Below are positions 17,390 through 27,279 of a DNA stretch of 64,000 nucleotides, piece after piece. The position numbers were made by a program, and so were the translations under genes. Origin of the DNA: Pedobacter sp. (lineage in GTDB: Bacteria; Bacteroidota; Bacteroidia; Sphingobacteriales; Sphingobacteriaceae); NCBI GenBank assembly GCA_965249885.1, contig OZ252254.1:252013-316012 (forward strand), given 5' to 3'. How positions within the stretch are numbered: the stretch's first letter is position 1; each line of letters opens with the position of its first letter. A model generated the notes under the pieces. That model searched no databases. It worked only from the letters and a program-made list of their open reading frames with translations, and had not been told where the DNA came from.

Positions 17390-19156
17390 CTATTCGTATT
17401 TGTAAACCACTGTTTTAAGACTCGAACTTAAACTTGCCACTACATATATTTTTCCATTCGGTGCCGACTGGATGTCAAAAGCGGAAATTTTTTCGTTGAT
17501 GATTTTACGTTCGGTATTCCAATTGTTGGTTTGCTTATTCAAGCTTTTGATTACCAAAGAAGTTGCATTTGCATAAGCGAAATACAAATTATCATCTTTA
17601 TCGATGGTTAGAGCAAAGGTGTCAGATACTGCCCCGCTAAGCACTCCGTTCCCTATTTCTTGCCAGGCGTTAGCCGTCGCATTGTATTTCATCACATGGT
17701 TCATTCTATTAGCTCCTGAACCCACTTGGAAAGCCAAATAAGCCTGTCCAGTTCTATCAACTGCTACAGAAACTGATTGGAAGCCCACCAAACCATCAGG
17801 TGCTGAAAATGAAGTTGGCCCAACGGCAGTCCATGTGTTGTTAACTAATTTATAAAGCGATGGTCTGTTTGAACCTGTTGTTCTTTCCATCAAGCCTAAA
17901 TAAATATTTCCATCTAAACCTTTAACAATATGATTTTGGAACATCGTTTTACCCGTTAAGGTTCCCGTAACATCACTCCAAGCGTTATTTTTATAACCCA
18001 TCACAAAAACACCTCGCTGTGGTATAGAAGCATATTCGTTGCTATTGCTTTGTTTGGCCATAGCAATCATTGGTGTATTGTCATCGGCAATCACCATGTT
18101 GAAATAATCAATCTTCATTGGCGTAAATCTGTCTGCACTAACGCTTGTCCAGGCACTACCGCTATATTTTTTAACAGTAGCTCTTTGGTCTGCATTGAAG
18201 TAATCTTTGTAACCGATGTATAATTCTCCAGCATTGTTAAACGCAATACTTTGCACATCTGCTCTAAAATCCGACACTCCAAGTTTATCGCCTAAATTTT
18301 GCCACTGTCCGCTAACGTATCCCATTACGGCTACTTTTCTATTATCGGTAGCGATTGTTGCACCGCTTTCATCTTTACCTGTACGTTGGTAAACAAAATA
18401 AGGGTTACTATTTAATGGGTTAATGGCCATTTTAGGAGCAGCTGCTGTTGGGACAGTGAGGTTATCACCGAAAAGTTCCCATTGTTTACCTAAAAATGAA
18501 ACATTCACTTTAAACTCATAAGGTGTAGTTAGGGATGGCTCATTCAAGGTGTATATAACTTGGCTATCAAAATTATTTGGTGTAACCTTGCTTTGCTGAT
18601 CTACGCCAGCTACTTTGAGCGTTGCACCATTCGTAGTTACAAACATAGCCTTAAGTCCTAAAAAAGAAACTGACTCCGGTAGAGCAACTTCAATGTTAAA
18701 GCCTTTAATTACACCGATATAATCCGCTGGAAGAGATGGGTTATCTTCTTTAAAAAATCCAAAACTTAGTATGGTTATTTTTTTAATTACAGTTACGGTG
18801 TAAGTTTTAGTCGTCTTATCCTCAGCCTTAACAGTGTATTTTTTTGAACTGGTAAAATCTTGCACCGAAATACCAGATTCCTGCACTTCCTGTCCAACCT
18901 GAACTATTGTTCTAGCGTTATCCGTTTTAAAAATAGCTTTCAAATTGGTCACATCAACATCGGTTGGTACAGTAACCGTAATCGTTCCGTTATCAATTAC
19001 TCCCTCAAAACTTTGCGGAACTCCTTGGGCGTTTTCTATGTTGAATGCAAAAGACTCGATACCTTTGCTATACATTACCGGATCTTTTTTACAATTGGCA
19101 AGAGTCACTACAATTAGTAGTAAACATGCACCTAATTTGTTAAAAACAGTATTCAT
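17390..19156 (-). CDS. Surface lipoprotein with two Ig-like (DUF5018-like) domains and a C-terminal beta-propeller
   Basis: Lipobox LANCKKD; repeated I.SF.F...V.VPT..DVT.LKA.F modules; W-containing propeller-like blades. Confidence 0.7.
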   Translation of the reverse strand: MNTVFNKLGACLLLIVVTLANCKKDPVMYSKGIESFAFNIENAQGVPQSFEGVIDNGTITVTVPTDVDVTNLKAIFKTDNARTIVQVGQEVQESGISVQDFTSSKKYTVKAEDKTTKTYTVTVIKKITILSFGFFKEDNPSLPADYIGVIKGFNIEVALPESVSFLGLKAMFVTTNGATLKVAGVDQQSKVTPNNFDSQVIYTLNEPSLTTPYEFKVNVSFLGKQWELFGDNLTVPTAAAPKMAINPLNSNPYFVYQRTGKDESGATIATDNRKVAVMGYVSGQWQNLGDKLGVSDFRADVQSIAFNNAGELYIGYKDYFNADQRATVKKYSGSAWTSVSADRFTPMKIDYFNMVIADDNTPMIAMAKQSNSNEYASIPQRGVFVMGYKNNAWSDVTGTLTGKTMFQNHIVKGLDGNIYLGLMERTTGSNRPSLYKLVNNTWTAVGPTSFSAPDGLVGFQSVSVAVDRTGQAYLAFQVGSGANRMNHVMKYNATANAWQEIGNGVLSGAVSDTFALTIDKDDNLYFAYANATSLVIKSLNKQTNNWNTERKIINEKISAFDIQSAPNGKIYVVASLSSSLKTVVYKYE

Positions 19157-19157
19157 G

Positions 19158-21971
19158 TTATTTATTTAAAGTCTTAAAATTTTCTGGCATCAATACCGCT
19201 TTTATGCCAGGTTGATTAATAATGTATTTTCTTGCATACGCTGCTATTTGAGCAGGAGTAATGCCATTCACCATTTCTTCGTAACGATTGAAATAGCTAA
19301 AATCTTTAAAGCCAAAATAAAACTGGTTGCGAAGTGCGGAACTCCAAAACAAATTTTTGTCGTATTGCTTTTTGTACGCATCTATCTGTTGCAGCTTGAT
19401 ATTATTCAAATCATCAAGGAAATAGTTTGGATTATTAGCTACTTTATCCAGTTCTATTTGAACTTGTTTAGTTAGAAAGTCGGCAGCTTCGGGAGCGCAG
19501 CTAAAACTAATACGCGAACGAATTAAAGGAGATGGAATTTTAGTTGCTGAAACAGAAACACCAACACCGTACACACCTGAGTTTTCTTCGCGAAGATTAA
19601 GCCTTAACTTTACTTTTAGCACTTCCTGTAGCAAGGTTTGCAGGATGATATCAGGGTAATCGTAAGTAACATCATTACTTTGATAAAAAATATTTACAGT
19701 GCTTTTAGGCGCCTTGCCGGCATACATTAGAATGTCTTTGGCTTTATCACCTCCGTTAGGACCATTATACTTAAATTCCTTCGAATAGTTTCCGCCTGGT
19801 AAACCCCCAATGTATTGGGCTATCATTGGTTTAATGCTGTCCAAATTAAAATCTCCCACTACTACAAACTGAAAATCTTTGGCGGATCCGAAGCGGCTTT
19901 TAAATACTGGAATAATATCATCAAAGCTCAATTCCTTGTTAATCCTCTCCGCGGTGATGGATGAACTAAAGTCTTCTTCTCCCTTTAACAACTCTGAAAT
20001 TGCCTGATTGTAAGCGTAACTAGGTGAAAGTTTAGCATTCTCGATACTTTCCAACGCCTTGCGCTTCGCTTGATCAAATGTCACTTTATCCGCATTAGGA
20101 AACATCCACTTTAAATACATCAATTGAAACATAGTTTTTGCATCTTTCCAATCAGCATTGGTTACTACACCCTCCCTATTATTAGAAAGCACCAATACCG
20201 CTGAAGCAGAATTTCCTGTAAGGTATTCTGTAAGTGCTTTTCTACTGAATTTGCCTGCTCCGCTTAAACCTGTAACCGCTTTCACAAATTGTGCAGTTAC
20301 GTATTGGGTTGAATCTAAAGCATACATTCCACCTGCCCTAAAGCCAGAAATCGTCAGATAATCTTTCTTTTCCTTGGTTTGCTTAAGGTATACGGTAGTA
20401 CCATTGGATAAATTCCATTTAGTTACCCCAATTGCTGCTAATTGTTCTTCGCTGATAACTTTACCGGTCATAGGCTCTTTCTCCAATAACTTGTTAGGTA
20501 TTTCAACGGCATCAGTCCACGGTGAAATTTGCTTCTTAGCAACACTGGCAAACATGGCTTTAACTTGGCTTTCGCTAGGCAACAATGCCTTATCCTTTTC
20601 AGGCGCAGTGAGCAAAACCACCATGTTATTAGGTGTTAGTTTTGACTTTAAAAACTGATGTAGCGTAACTGAGTCTATACGCTGTGCATATTTCAAAGCC
20701 AAAGTATTACGCTGGCTTTTTTCCATCATCACACTGCCTTGGTAGAAATCACCGTACATTTCATTCAGGTAAGTTTCTGCTTGGCTTTTTTCTTCTTTAG
20801 CACCACGCTTAATTGCTGCAACATATTCTGCTTTGTATTTTTTAATTTCCTCTGCAGTAAACCCATAGCGCAAAATACGCTGAAGTTCAACCAGATAACT
20901 TTCAATACCTTCAGTAACTTGATCATGATATAACGACGCACCGCCGGCTAGCATAGCGTTTTTTAACACGATATTACTTATAGAAAAACTACCCTCTTTG
21001 TAATTATCCTGCAATTGGGCTACGCGGCTGAACCTATTTTTAGCTAATCCATTGAAAAAGCTTCTAATTTGCTGTTGCTGGAAATCTTGTTCTGTTTTTA
21101 CACCGCCAGATGATTTAATTTTGTGGTAAAAACTGAAGTCAATGGATCTGGCTTCCTTATCAGTAAGAATAGAGAAAAGCGTATCTCGGTGCGACGGCAA
21201 ATCGTAAAATACACGCGGTGCTTTGCTTTTTGCTTTATATTGGTTGAATTCGGTCTTGATATACTGCTCCACTTTTTTAGGATCAATATCCGTTACGATG
21301 GCAATGGCCATGAGATCTGGTCGATACCACTTTTCGTAAAAATCTACAATAGTTTGTCGCTTAAAGTTCTTCAGGACATCTACTTTACCAATAGGTAATC
21401 GATCAGCGTACCTTGATTTGTTAAACAAAACGGGCAAATATTGATCTCTCAATCTGTTTTCAGCGCCTTGTTTGCTGCGCCACTCTTCGATTACCACACC
21501 TCTTTCCTTGTCAATCTCTGCTTGGTCAAATGTCACTCCAAAAGCCCAATCAGCCATGATATCGATCGACTTCTCTAGATTTTTTTCATCTTTAGTATTG
21601 ATACTAATTTTGTATATGGTTTCGTCAAAACTGGTATGTGCATTTAAATCAGCGCCAAACTTTACACCTTTAGATTCTAAGAAAGTAATTACATCATTTT
21701 TTGAATAATGTTTAGTGCCGTTAAAAGCCATGTGCTCTATAAAATGCGCTAAGCCAAGCTGACTCTCTTCTTCTTGTAAAGAACCGGCGTTTAAAAACAA
21801 CCTTAAAGTTGAAGTGCCTGGATCTTTATCACTTTGATATATGTAATACGTAAAGCCGTTGCTAAGCTGGCCTTTCACCAATTTAGGACTTTGCTTAAGT
21901 GGCTGACCAAAACTTATTAAATAACAAAAAGTCATTAAAATGGCAGCCGTACTTATTCTTATTATTTTCAT
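19158..21971 (-). CDS. M16 family zinc metallopeptidase (insulinase/PqqL-like)
   Basis: Signal peptide; inverted zinc motif HFIEH (HxxEH); NAHTSFDET; EIDKERGVVIEE. Confidence 0.93.
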   Translation of the reverse strand: MKIIRISTAAILMTFCYLISFGQPLKQSPKLVKGQLSNGFTYYIYQSDKDPGTSTLRLFLNAGSLQEEESQLGLAHFIEHMAFNGTKHYSKNDVITFLESKGVKFGADLNAHTSFDETIYKISINTKDEKNLEKSIDIMADWAFGVTFDQAEIDKERGVVIEEWRSKQGAENRLRDQYLPVLFNKSRYADRLPIGKVDVLKNFKRQTIVDFYEKWYRPDLMAIAIVTDIDPKKVEQYIKTEFNQYKAKSKAPRVFYDLPSHRDTLFSILTDKEARSIDFSFYHKIKSSGGVKTEQDFQQQQIRSFFNGLAKNRFSRVAQLQDNYKEGSFSISNIVLKNAMLAGGASLYHDQVTEGIESYLVELQRILRYGFTAEEIKKYKAEYVAAIKRGAKEEKSQAETYLNEMYGDFYQGSVMMEKSQRNTLALKYAQRIDSVTLHQFLKSKLTPNNMVVLLTAPEKDKALLPSESQVKAMFASVAKKQISPWTDAVEIPNKLLEKEPMTGKVISEEQLAAIGVTKWNLSNGTTVYLKQTKEKKDYLTISGFRAGGMYALDSTQYVTAQFVKAVTGLSGAGKFSRKALTEYLTGNSASAVLVLSNNREGVVTNADWKDAKTMFQLMYLKWMFPNADKVTFDQAKRKALESIENAKLSPSYAYNQAISELLKGEEDFSSSITAERINKELSFDDIIPVFKSRFGSAKDFQFVVVGDFNLDSIKPMIAQYIGGLPGGNYSKEFKYNGPNGGDKAKDILMYAGKAPKSTVNIFYQSNDVTYDYPDIILQTLLQEVLKVKLRLNLREENSGVYGVGVSVSATKIPSPLIRSRISFSCAPEAADFLTKQVQIELDKVANNPNYFLDDLNNIKLQQIDAYKKQYDKNLFWSSALRNQFYFGFKDFSYFNRYEEMVNGITPAQIAAYARKYIINQPGIKAVLMPENFKTLNK

Positions 21972-21978
21972 TACGCTA

Positions 21979-22446
21979 TTATTTTTTGGTAATTATTAAT
22001 TCCTTCTGCAACTGATCTGGTCCCGGCAAGCCTATCGTATAATTTTTACTGTTACTCAATAAACGTATGATAATCGTGTTATTTTTGGTGGGATCAACTG
22101 GGGCTGCAATCCATTTAATTGTGATTGGTCGCTCAAAAATACCGTTAGCAAAGTTTAACGTATTACCTTGGGTAATTAGCAAAAAATCACGACCCGATTG
22201 TAGGCCATCGCCAATAATTACTTCGTATTTAAGCTCTACTGGCTCAAATTGCAGTTTTGTACTGAAGAACACTTTGTAGTCAACCTGATCGTTTCTGTCG
22301 GTAGCAACTACAACGCTGGAGCTATTTCCAACATTGATGTGAAAAAACGGATGATCATAAGGCTCGAACTCATCTTTACAAGCCGAAAATATCGCAATCA
22401 TTATTAATACTGATACGATTCCTATATATTTTAAGTTCCTTTTCAT
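21979..22446 (-). CDS. SusE-position lipoprotein (Calx-beta/Ig-like, unknown function)
   Basis: Likely start MKRNLKYIGIVSVLIMIAIFSAC at 22446; lipobox FSAC; directly after susD. Confidence 0.7.
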   Translation of the reverse strand: MKRNLKYIGIVSVLIMIAIFSACKDEFEPYDHPFFHINVGNSSSVVVATDRNDQVDYKVFFSTKLQFEPVELKYEVIIGDGLQSGRDFLLITQGNTLNFANGIFERPITIKWIAAPVDPTKNNTIIIRLLSNSKNYTIGLPGPDQLQKELIITKK

Positions 22447-22453
22447 TTCTTTA

Positions 22454-23860
22454 CTATTTATATCCTGGGTTTTGCTGCATTGCTGGATTGGCATCCAATT
22501 CTCTTGTACTGATAGGAAGTGCAAACCTGTAATCAGGATAATTGATTCCGCAAACAACGGAGTTACAACCAGTTCCTCTTTGCAGATTTTCTTTCCTCCT
22601 TACGATATCGAAAAAACGATGGCCTTCGAAACAAAGCTCCCTATTTCTCTCATCCGCAATTTTTTCATACAAATCAGTTGGATCAGTGTAAGTGATGGTC
22701 ACTGGTGCAGCATGTGCACGACTAGAAATTACTTCGATGTCAGCTTTGGCTTCGTTATACTTTTGTAGGTTCCAATTGGCTTCAGCTCTGTTCAAATAAA
22801 CTTCGGCTAAACGAATAACTTTGATAGTTAGATTGCTACTGTATTTCTTAGTAATCCCGTTAGAAAATGTACTCGTTTTTCTAACGTCATTATCATCAAG
22901 CTTATTTGTTAATTTCGGAGATCTTACATATTGAACATTTCCGCCAGAAAACACGTTTAAGATTTCTCTAGAGCCAGAAAGTTTTGTTCCGGCACCATTA
23001 AGAAAGAACAATAATTCCTTTTTTACCGCAGCATCTTTATCCGGATAATTGACAAATACATTTGGATACTCTGCGGCTGAAGCCAACTGATATCGAGTAT
23101 CGGCTATCACAAGGTCTGCAGATTTTACACAATTTGCCCAATCGCCTTTATAGAGATATACTCGAGAAAGTAAGCCAAGGGCTGCCTGGTAACTGATTAA
23201 TGCTTGATCTGTTGCGTTGTTGTACTTGCTCAAATAAGGCAGTGCATTGTTTAAATCGGCCAGTATCTGATCGTAGGTTTGCTTCATGGTAGCTCGTGGT
23301 ACTGCAGTAGCTGGTGCCGGAGTTTTAGTTAATACTGGTACGCCTAAGTGAGAGGCGTCAGCAGTAAAGTTATAAGGCTGCGCATACACCCTACTTAAAT
23401 CAAAGTGGCAAAGCGCCCTTAGCACTAATGCCTGACCTTCAATTCGTTCTATTTCCGCTAAATTGCCAGGAAACTTATCCTTTAACGCTGGAATAGCATT
23501 TAATAAATTATTTACGTTGTTAAGCGTTTCGAAAATTGACACCCAAATTTTTCTTGGAGTTACTAAAATATCATCGGGTGTTGCTGTAAAATTAAACACT
23601 TCTAACATTACCGAATTATCTCCCGTTGCTGGAACATTAATTACGTTGTCCGAAGCTACATCGCCAAACATGCCAAACTCATTTCTATAGTAAGTTAACA
23701 TACTAGTGTATGCTCCAGTAAGCCCTACCCTAGCACCTTGAATATCTTCAAACAACACTTGTTTGCCAACTCTGCCAATAGGTTCCTTTTCCAAAAATTT
23801 CTTACATGACCCAAGCGTTATGGCCAATATCATGAGAAGGATATATTTTATTTTTTTCAT
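22454..23860 (-). CDS. susD: SusD/RagB family lipoprotein
   Basis: Lipobox LGSCKKFL; GQALVLRALCHFDL; RLAEVYLNRAEA; ERNRELCFEGHRFFDIVR. Confidence 0.95.
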   Translation of the reverse strand: MKKIKYILLMILAITLGSCKKFLEKEPIGRVGKQVLFEDIQGARVGLTGAYTSMLTYYRNEFGMFGDVASDNVINVPATGDNSVMLEVFNFTATPDDILVTPRKIWVSIFETLNNVNNLLNAIPALKDKFPGNLAEIERIEGQALVLRALCHFDLSRVYAQPYNFTADASHLGVPVLTKTPAPATAVPRATMKQTYDQILADLNNALPYLSKYNNATDQALISYQAALGLLSRVYLYKGDWANCVKSADLVIADTRYQLASAAEYPNVFVNYPDKDAAVKKELLFFLNGAGTKLSGSREILNVFSGGNVQYVRSPKLTNKLDDNDVRKTSTFSNGITKKYSSNLTIKVIRLAEVYLNRAEANWNLQKYNEAKADIEVISSRAHAAPVTITYTDPTDLYEKIADERNRELCFEGHRFFDIVRRKENLQRGTGCNSVVCGINYPDYRFALPISTRELDANPAMQQNPGYK

Positions 23861-23873
23861 TTCTATTCTCTAA

Positions 23874-26800
23874 TTAAAAACTAACATTAAGACCTAAAGA
23901 AAGTATCAGCGGCTGAGGATAAGGGTTAAAAGAGTTTCTATATCCATTAAAACCTTTCTTAGTTTTGTAAGGTGTCCAAAATGCAACGTTATCTGCTTGA
24001 GCATATACATTGACATTTTGTAATGACAGTTTCTTGCTCAACTCTGGTGAAAACCTGTAATTTAAACTCACGTTTGAAATCCTAAATGCTGATCTGTTAT
24101 GTAAAAATCTAGTAGAGTTACGACCATTGTCGGCATTTTCATTTAACATAAGCTTAGGTGTTAGTGTTAAGTCACCGGGCTCCCGCCACCTGTCTAATTG
24201 ATTTCTAGACTGATTTTCGGCAGCTAAGTTCCTTCCGTCAGATTCGGCAGCTCTTTGTAAATTGCTAAATAGATATCCTCCTACCGTGTACTGAAAAAGC
24301 ACATTAAGTGCAAAGTTTTTGTACTCCACGGTATTGGTCATGCCTCCAAAAAAATCGGGATTTTGGCTTCCCATTATCACTCGGTTATCTAAACTGAAGG
24401 TTTTAGTTAAATTACCTCTTGCATCATACCATAGCGGCCCGCCATCTCTTGGATCAACGCCTGCCCATCTAATTAAGTAATTGGTTCTTACGTCCTCTCC
24501 TACTTTAAGTATCCTAGTGTCATAACGAGTTTCGGTATTATTGTAAAGCTCAAGTACTTTGTTTCTATTGATAGCAAAATTCAAGTTGGTTGTCCATGAG
24601 AAATCTCTGCGAAGGATATTCTGAGTTTTTAAGGCAATTTCTAGTCCCCTATTTCGCAATTTCCCTATGTTTTGAGTAATTTTTTCAAACCCTGTGGTAC
24701 TAGTAGAGTAAACGTCATCCAGTGCATCTACGGTTTTATTATAGTAAGCCTCCACGTCGATAGAAATACGCTTAAACAAGCCTAAGCTAATCCCGGCATT
24801 ATACAAATAGGTAGTTTCCCAAGATAATAGCGGATTTTCACCTGAAACCATGATTGCGCCTGCCGATCCATTATAGCGATACTCGGTATTAAAACCGTAC
24901 ACGCCTTTTGATTTATAAGCGCCAATACGTGAGTTACCATTAGTACCAAAGCTGAATTTAAGTTTAGCAAAATCAATGGCTTTTACTTTCCAAAAAGCTT
25001 CGTTGCTGATGGTCCAAGAGGCACCTATAGAACTAAATGTGGCCCAACGTACATCGGTACCAAAATCTGAATTGGCATCTCTGCGGAAGCTCCCCACCAC
25101 GTGGTACTTTCTGTCCCAAGAGTATTTGGCCTGTCCGTAATAAGACAATGAGCTTTGCTCAGCAGCTGAACTTGCTCCGTTGATGTTTACGGCGTAACTT
25201 ACTTCTTTAATTTTATCATTAGCAAAGCCCCAGCCTGTAGCACTTACCGAACGCCTGTTTTTATCCATTGCTTCGCCACCAAGTAGCGCAGATACAGAAT
25301 GTTTTCCAAAATCCTTCTCGTAATTAAATCTGTGCTGAGAGTTCCAGGTAAAATCGTTACTACCGCTTCGATAGGCTGCACCACCGCCATCTGGATTTAA
25401 GCTTCCACTAAACGTAAACATAGAAGCATAAGAAACTTCGTTAGTAGAAATGTATTCGATACCGTTTGTAGTAGTGTAGCTTAGTCCCGGCAAAATTTTA
25501 ACCGTTCCGCCCAAGTTGGCGTACATGGCCATATTTTTTTGCATGTCGTCGTTCAACTTCGCCTCGGCCAATGAGTTGTACGGCTTAAGGATAAAACTTC
25601 CATCGGCAGCATACGGGCCATCAATTGGGCGGTTAGTATAATAATCATCGCCTGGATTGAAAAGTTTGTCGATTACGTATGAATTGCCCATTCTAAAAAA
25701 CAGGTCGATGCTTTTATTGATATTTTGGTCTAAATTGATTCTGCTCGTAAAACGCTGAGTTTGATTGGCCAACATGATTGGCTTTTCGTTGAAATAGGAG
25801 CCGGAAACGTAAAATTTAGTTTTGGATGTACCTCCAGTGAAAGATAAATCATGTTGCGAGGTTATTCCATTTCTGAAAAAAACATTATACCAATCAGTTT
25901 CGCTTCCGTTCGGCGCTGGATATGTTGCCGATGGATTATTCGCCTTGGCTTCAGCAAGTAACGTTTTATACTCTGATACCGATAATACTTTGAATTTATT
26001 ATCATTCAACAAGTTAACACCCGATCTGAAACCATAGTTCACCCTGCTTTTTTCGTCTTTTCCTCTGAAAGTAGTAATAAGTACCACCCCATTTGAACCA
26101 TTTGCACCATAGATTGAGGTTGCAGTAGCATCTTTTAAAATCGTGATTGTTTCGATATCATTCGGATTGAGAAAGCTCAGAGGGCTAATGCTTGTATTTC
26201 TGCCAGTCATTGAATTATTTTGGTCACCGGTGTTCATTGGAATTCCATCAATTACCCACAACGGATCTGCAGATGCTCCGATAGACCCCTCGCCTCTGAT
26301 GCGTGTTTGATAACGTGGCCTTGCACTTGCAGTGGTTTGATCTTGCATTTGCACCATAACGCCCGGCACCACACCGTCAAGCAATTGATCAATACGATTT
26401 AACGGCCTACGCTCAATTTGCCTTGCTGTTAATTGTTGTGCACTACCTACCTGACTCTCTTTAGTTTCTTTGGTTCCGTAAGCAGTAATAATTACTTCCT
26501 GTAAATTGCTGGCAGTTTCTGTTAAAACTACATCTATCATTTTATTACCCGCAACCGCAACTTCTTTTGTTCCGTAGCCAATAATAGAAAATACGAGCGT
26601 GCCATTTGAAGGCACTTTGATAGTGTAATATCCATCCGCATCAGAATTTACAGCCTTACTGGTTCCTTTAACTCTGATAACCACACCAGGAAGCGGCTGT
26701 GGATCTTTTCCGATACCCTCACCAGACTTCACTTGTCCTTTGACGGTAATCTCTTCCTGATTGGCATTAACTTTTGTTTCGGATAAAATGATGGTTTTGT

Positions 26801-27134
26801 CAATAATTTTGTAGCTTAAATGCAGCTGATCAGAAATTTCTTGAAGGACGTCTTTCAAGTCCTTATCTTTCGCACTCACCGTAATTTTTCCACGTTTCAA
26901 TGCTTCATTAGCATCGTATAGGAAGAAAAAGCCAGTTTGTTTTTTAATGATTTCCGATACCTGCGCTAAACTTTCATTTTTAGCGTTTATGCTTACTTTT
27001 TGCGCATAACCAGCCGCTTTTACGCCAAATACGCAAAGTATAATTAGGCATACAGTTAATCTCATAATTAATAGTATTTTTCTATTAAATAGTTTGCTTG
27101 TTCCCGAACTTTTGTCGGGAAGGAATTGTTTCAT
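23874..27134 (-). CDS. susC: SusC/RagA TonB-dependent transporter with N-terminal STN signalling domain
   Basis: STN extension, CarboxypepD-like domain, NPNDIETITILKDATATSIYGANGSNGVVLITT plug motif, C-terminal GLNVSF. Confidence 0.95.
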   Translation of the reverse strand: MKQFLPDKSSGTSKLFNRKILLIMRLTVCLIILCVFGVKAAGYAQKVSINAKNESLAQVSEIIKKQTGFFFLYDANEALKRGKITVSAKDKDLKDVLQEISDQLHLSYKIIDKTIILSETKVNANQEEITVKGQVKSGEGIGKDPQPLPGVVIRVKGTSKAVNSDADGYYTIKVPSNGTLVFSIIGYGTKEVAVAGNKMIDVVLTETASNLQEVIITAYGTKETKESQVGSAQQLTARQIERRPLNRIDQLLDGVVPGVMVQMQDQTTASARPRYQTRIRGEGSIGASADPLWVIDGIPMNTGDQNNSMTGRNTSISPLSFLNPNDIETITILKDATATSIYGANGSNGVVLITTFRGKDEKSRVNYGFRSGVNLLNDNKFKVLSVSEYKTLLAEAKANNPSATYPAPNGSETDWYNVFFRNGITSQHDLSFTGGTSKTKFYVSGSYFNEKPIMLANQTQRFTSRINLDQNINKSIDLFFRMGNSYVIDKLFNPGDDYYTNRPIDGPYAADGSFILKPYNSLAEAKLNDDMQKNMAMYANLGGTVKILPGLSYTTTNGIEYISTNEVSYASMFTFSGSLNPDGGGAAYRSGSNDFTWNSQHRFNYEKDFGKHSVSALLGGEAMDKNRRSVSATGWGFANDKIKEVSYAVNINGASSAAEQSSLSYYGQAKYSWDRKYHVVGSFRRDANSDFGTDVRWATFSSIGASWTISNEAFWKVKAIDFAKLKFSFGTNGNSRIGAYKSKGVYGFNTEYRYNGSAGAIMVSGENPLLSWETTYLYNAGISLGLFKRISIDVEAYYNKTVDALDDVYSTSTTGFEKITQNIGKLRNRGLEIALKTQNILRRDFSWTTNLNFAINRNKVLELYNNTETRYDTRILKVGEDVRTNYLIRWAGVDPRDGGPLWYDARGNLTKTFSLDNRVIMGSQNPDFFGGMTNTVEYKNFALNVLFQYTVGGYLFSNLQRAAESDGRNLAAENQSRNQLDRWREPGDLTLTPKLMLNENADNGRNSTRFLHNRSAFRISNVSLNYRFSPELSKKLSLQNVNVYAQADNVAFWTPYKTKKGFNGYRNSFNPYPQPLILSLGLNVSF

Positions 27135-27141
27135 ATGTTTG
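27111..27141 (+). promoter_or_regulatory. Antisense promoter overlapping the susC start codon (TTTG-N19-TATGTTTG)
   Basis: TTTG at 27111-27114, 19-nt spacer, TATGTTTG at 27134-27141; full Bacteroidota consensus. Confidence 0.7.
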
Positions 27142-27145
27142 TATG

Positions 27146-27239
27146 TATTGGTTTTAAATTTTGAATGAATTCTGAGCTCATCAAGGTGTTAATAACCATG
27201 CGATGATCCGGAAGCATTGGCGTGCTTTCGGATTTTTTT
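27146..27239 (+). ncRNA. Candidate cis-antisense sRNA to the susC leader
   Basis: Consensus promoter upstream; ends at hairpin atccggaagca-ttggcg-tgctttcggat plus T run; 5' end estimated. Confidence 0.55.
27206..27239 (+). terminator. Hairpin plus U tail in the fecR-susC spacer, oriented antisense to the operon
   Basis: 11-bp stem with one G-U pair, followed by T7 on the + strand. Confidence 0.7.
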
Positions 27240-27279
27240 ATGGCTATTTTTTGTTTGGTGTTAGTGTTTGGTTACATAG

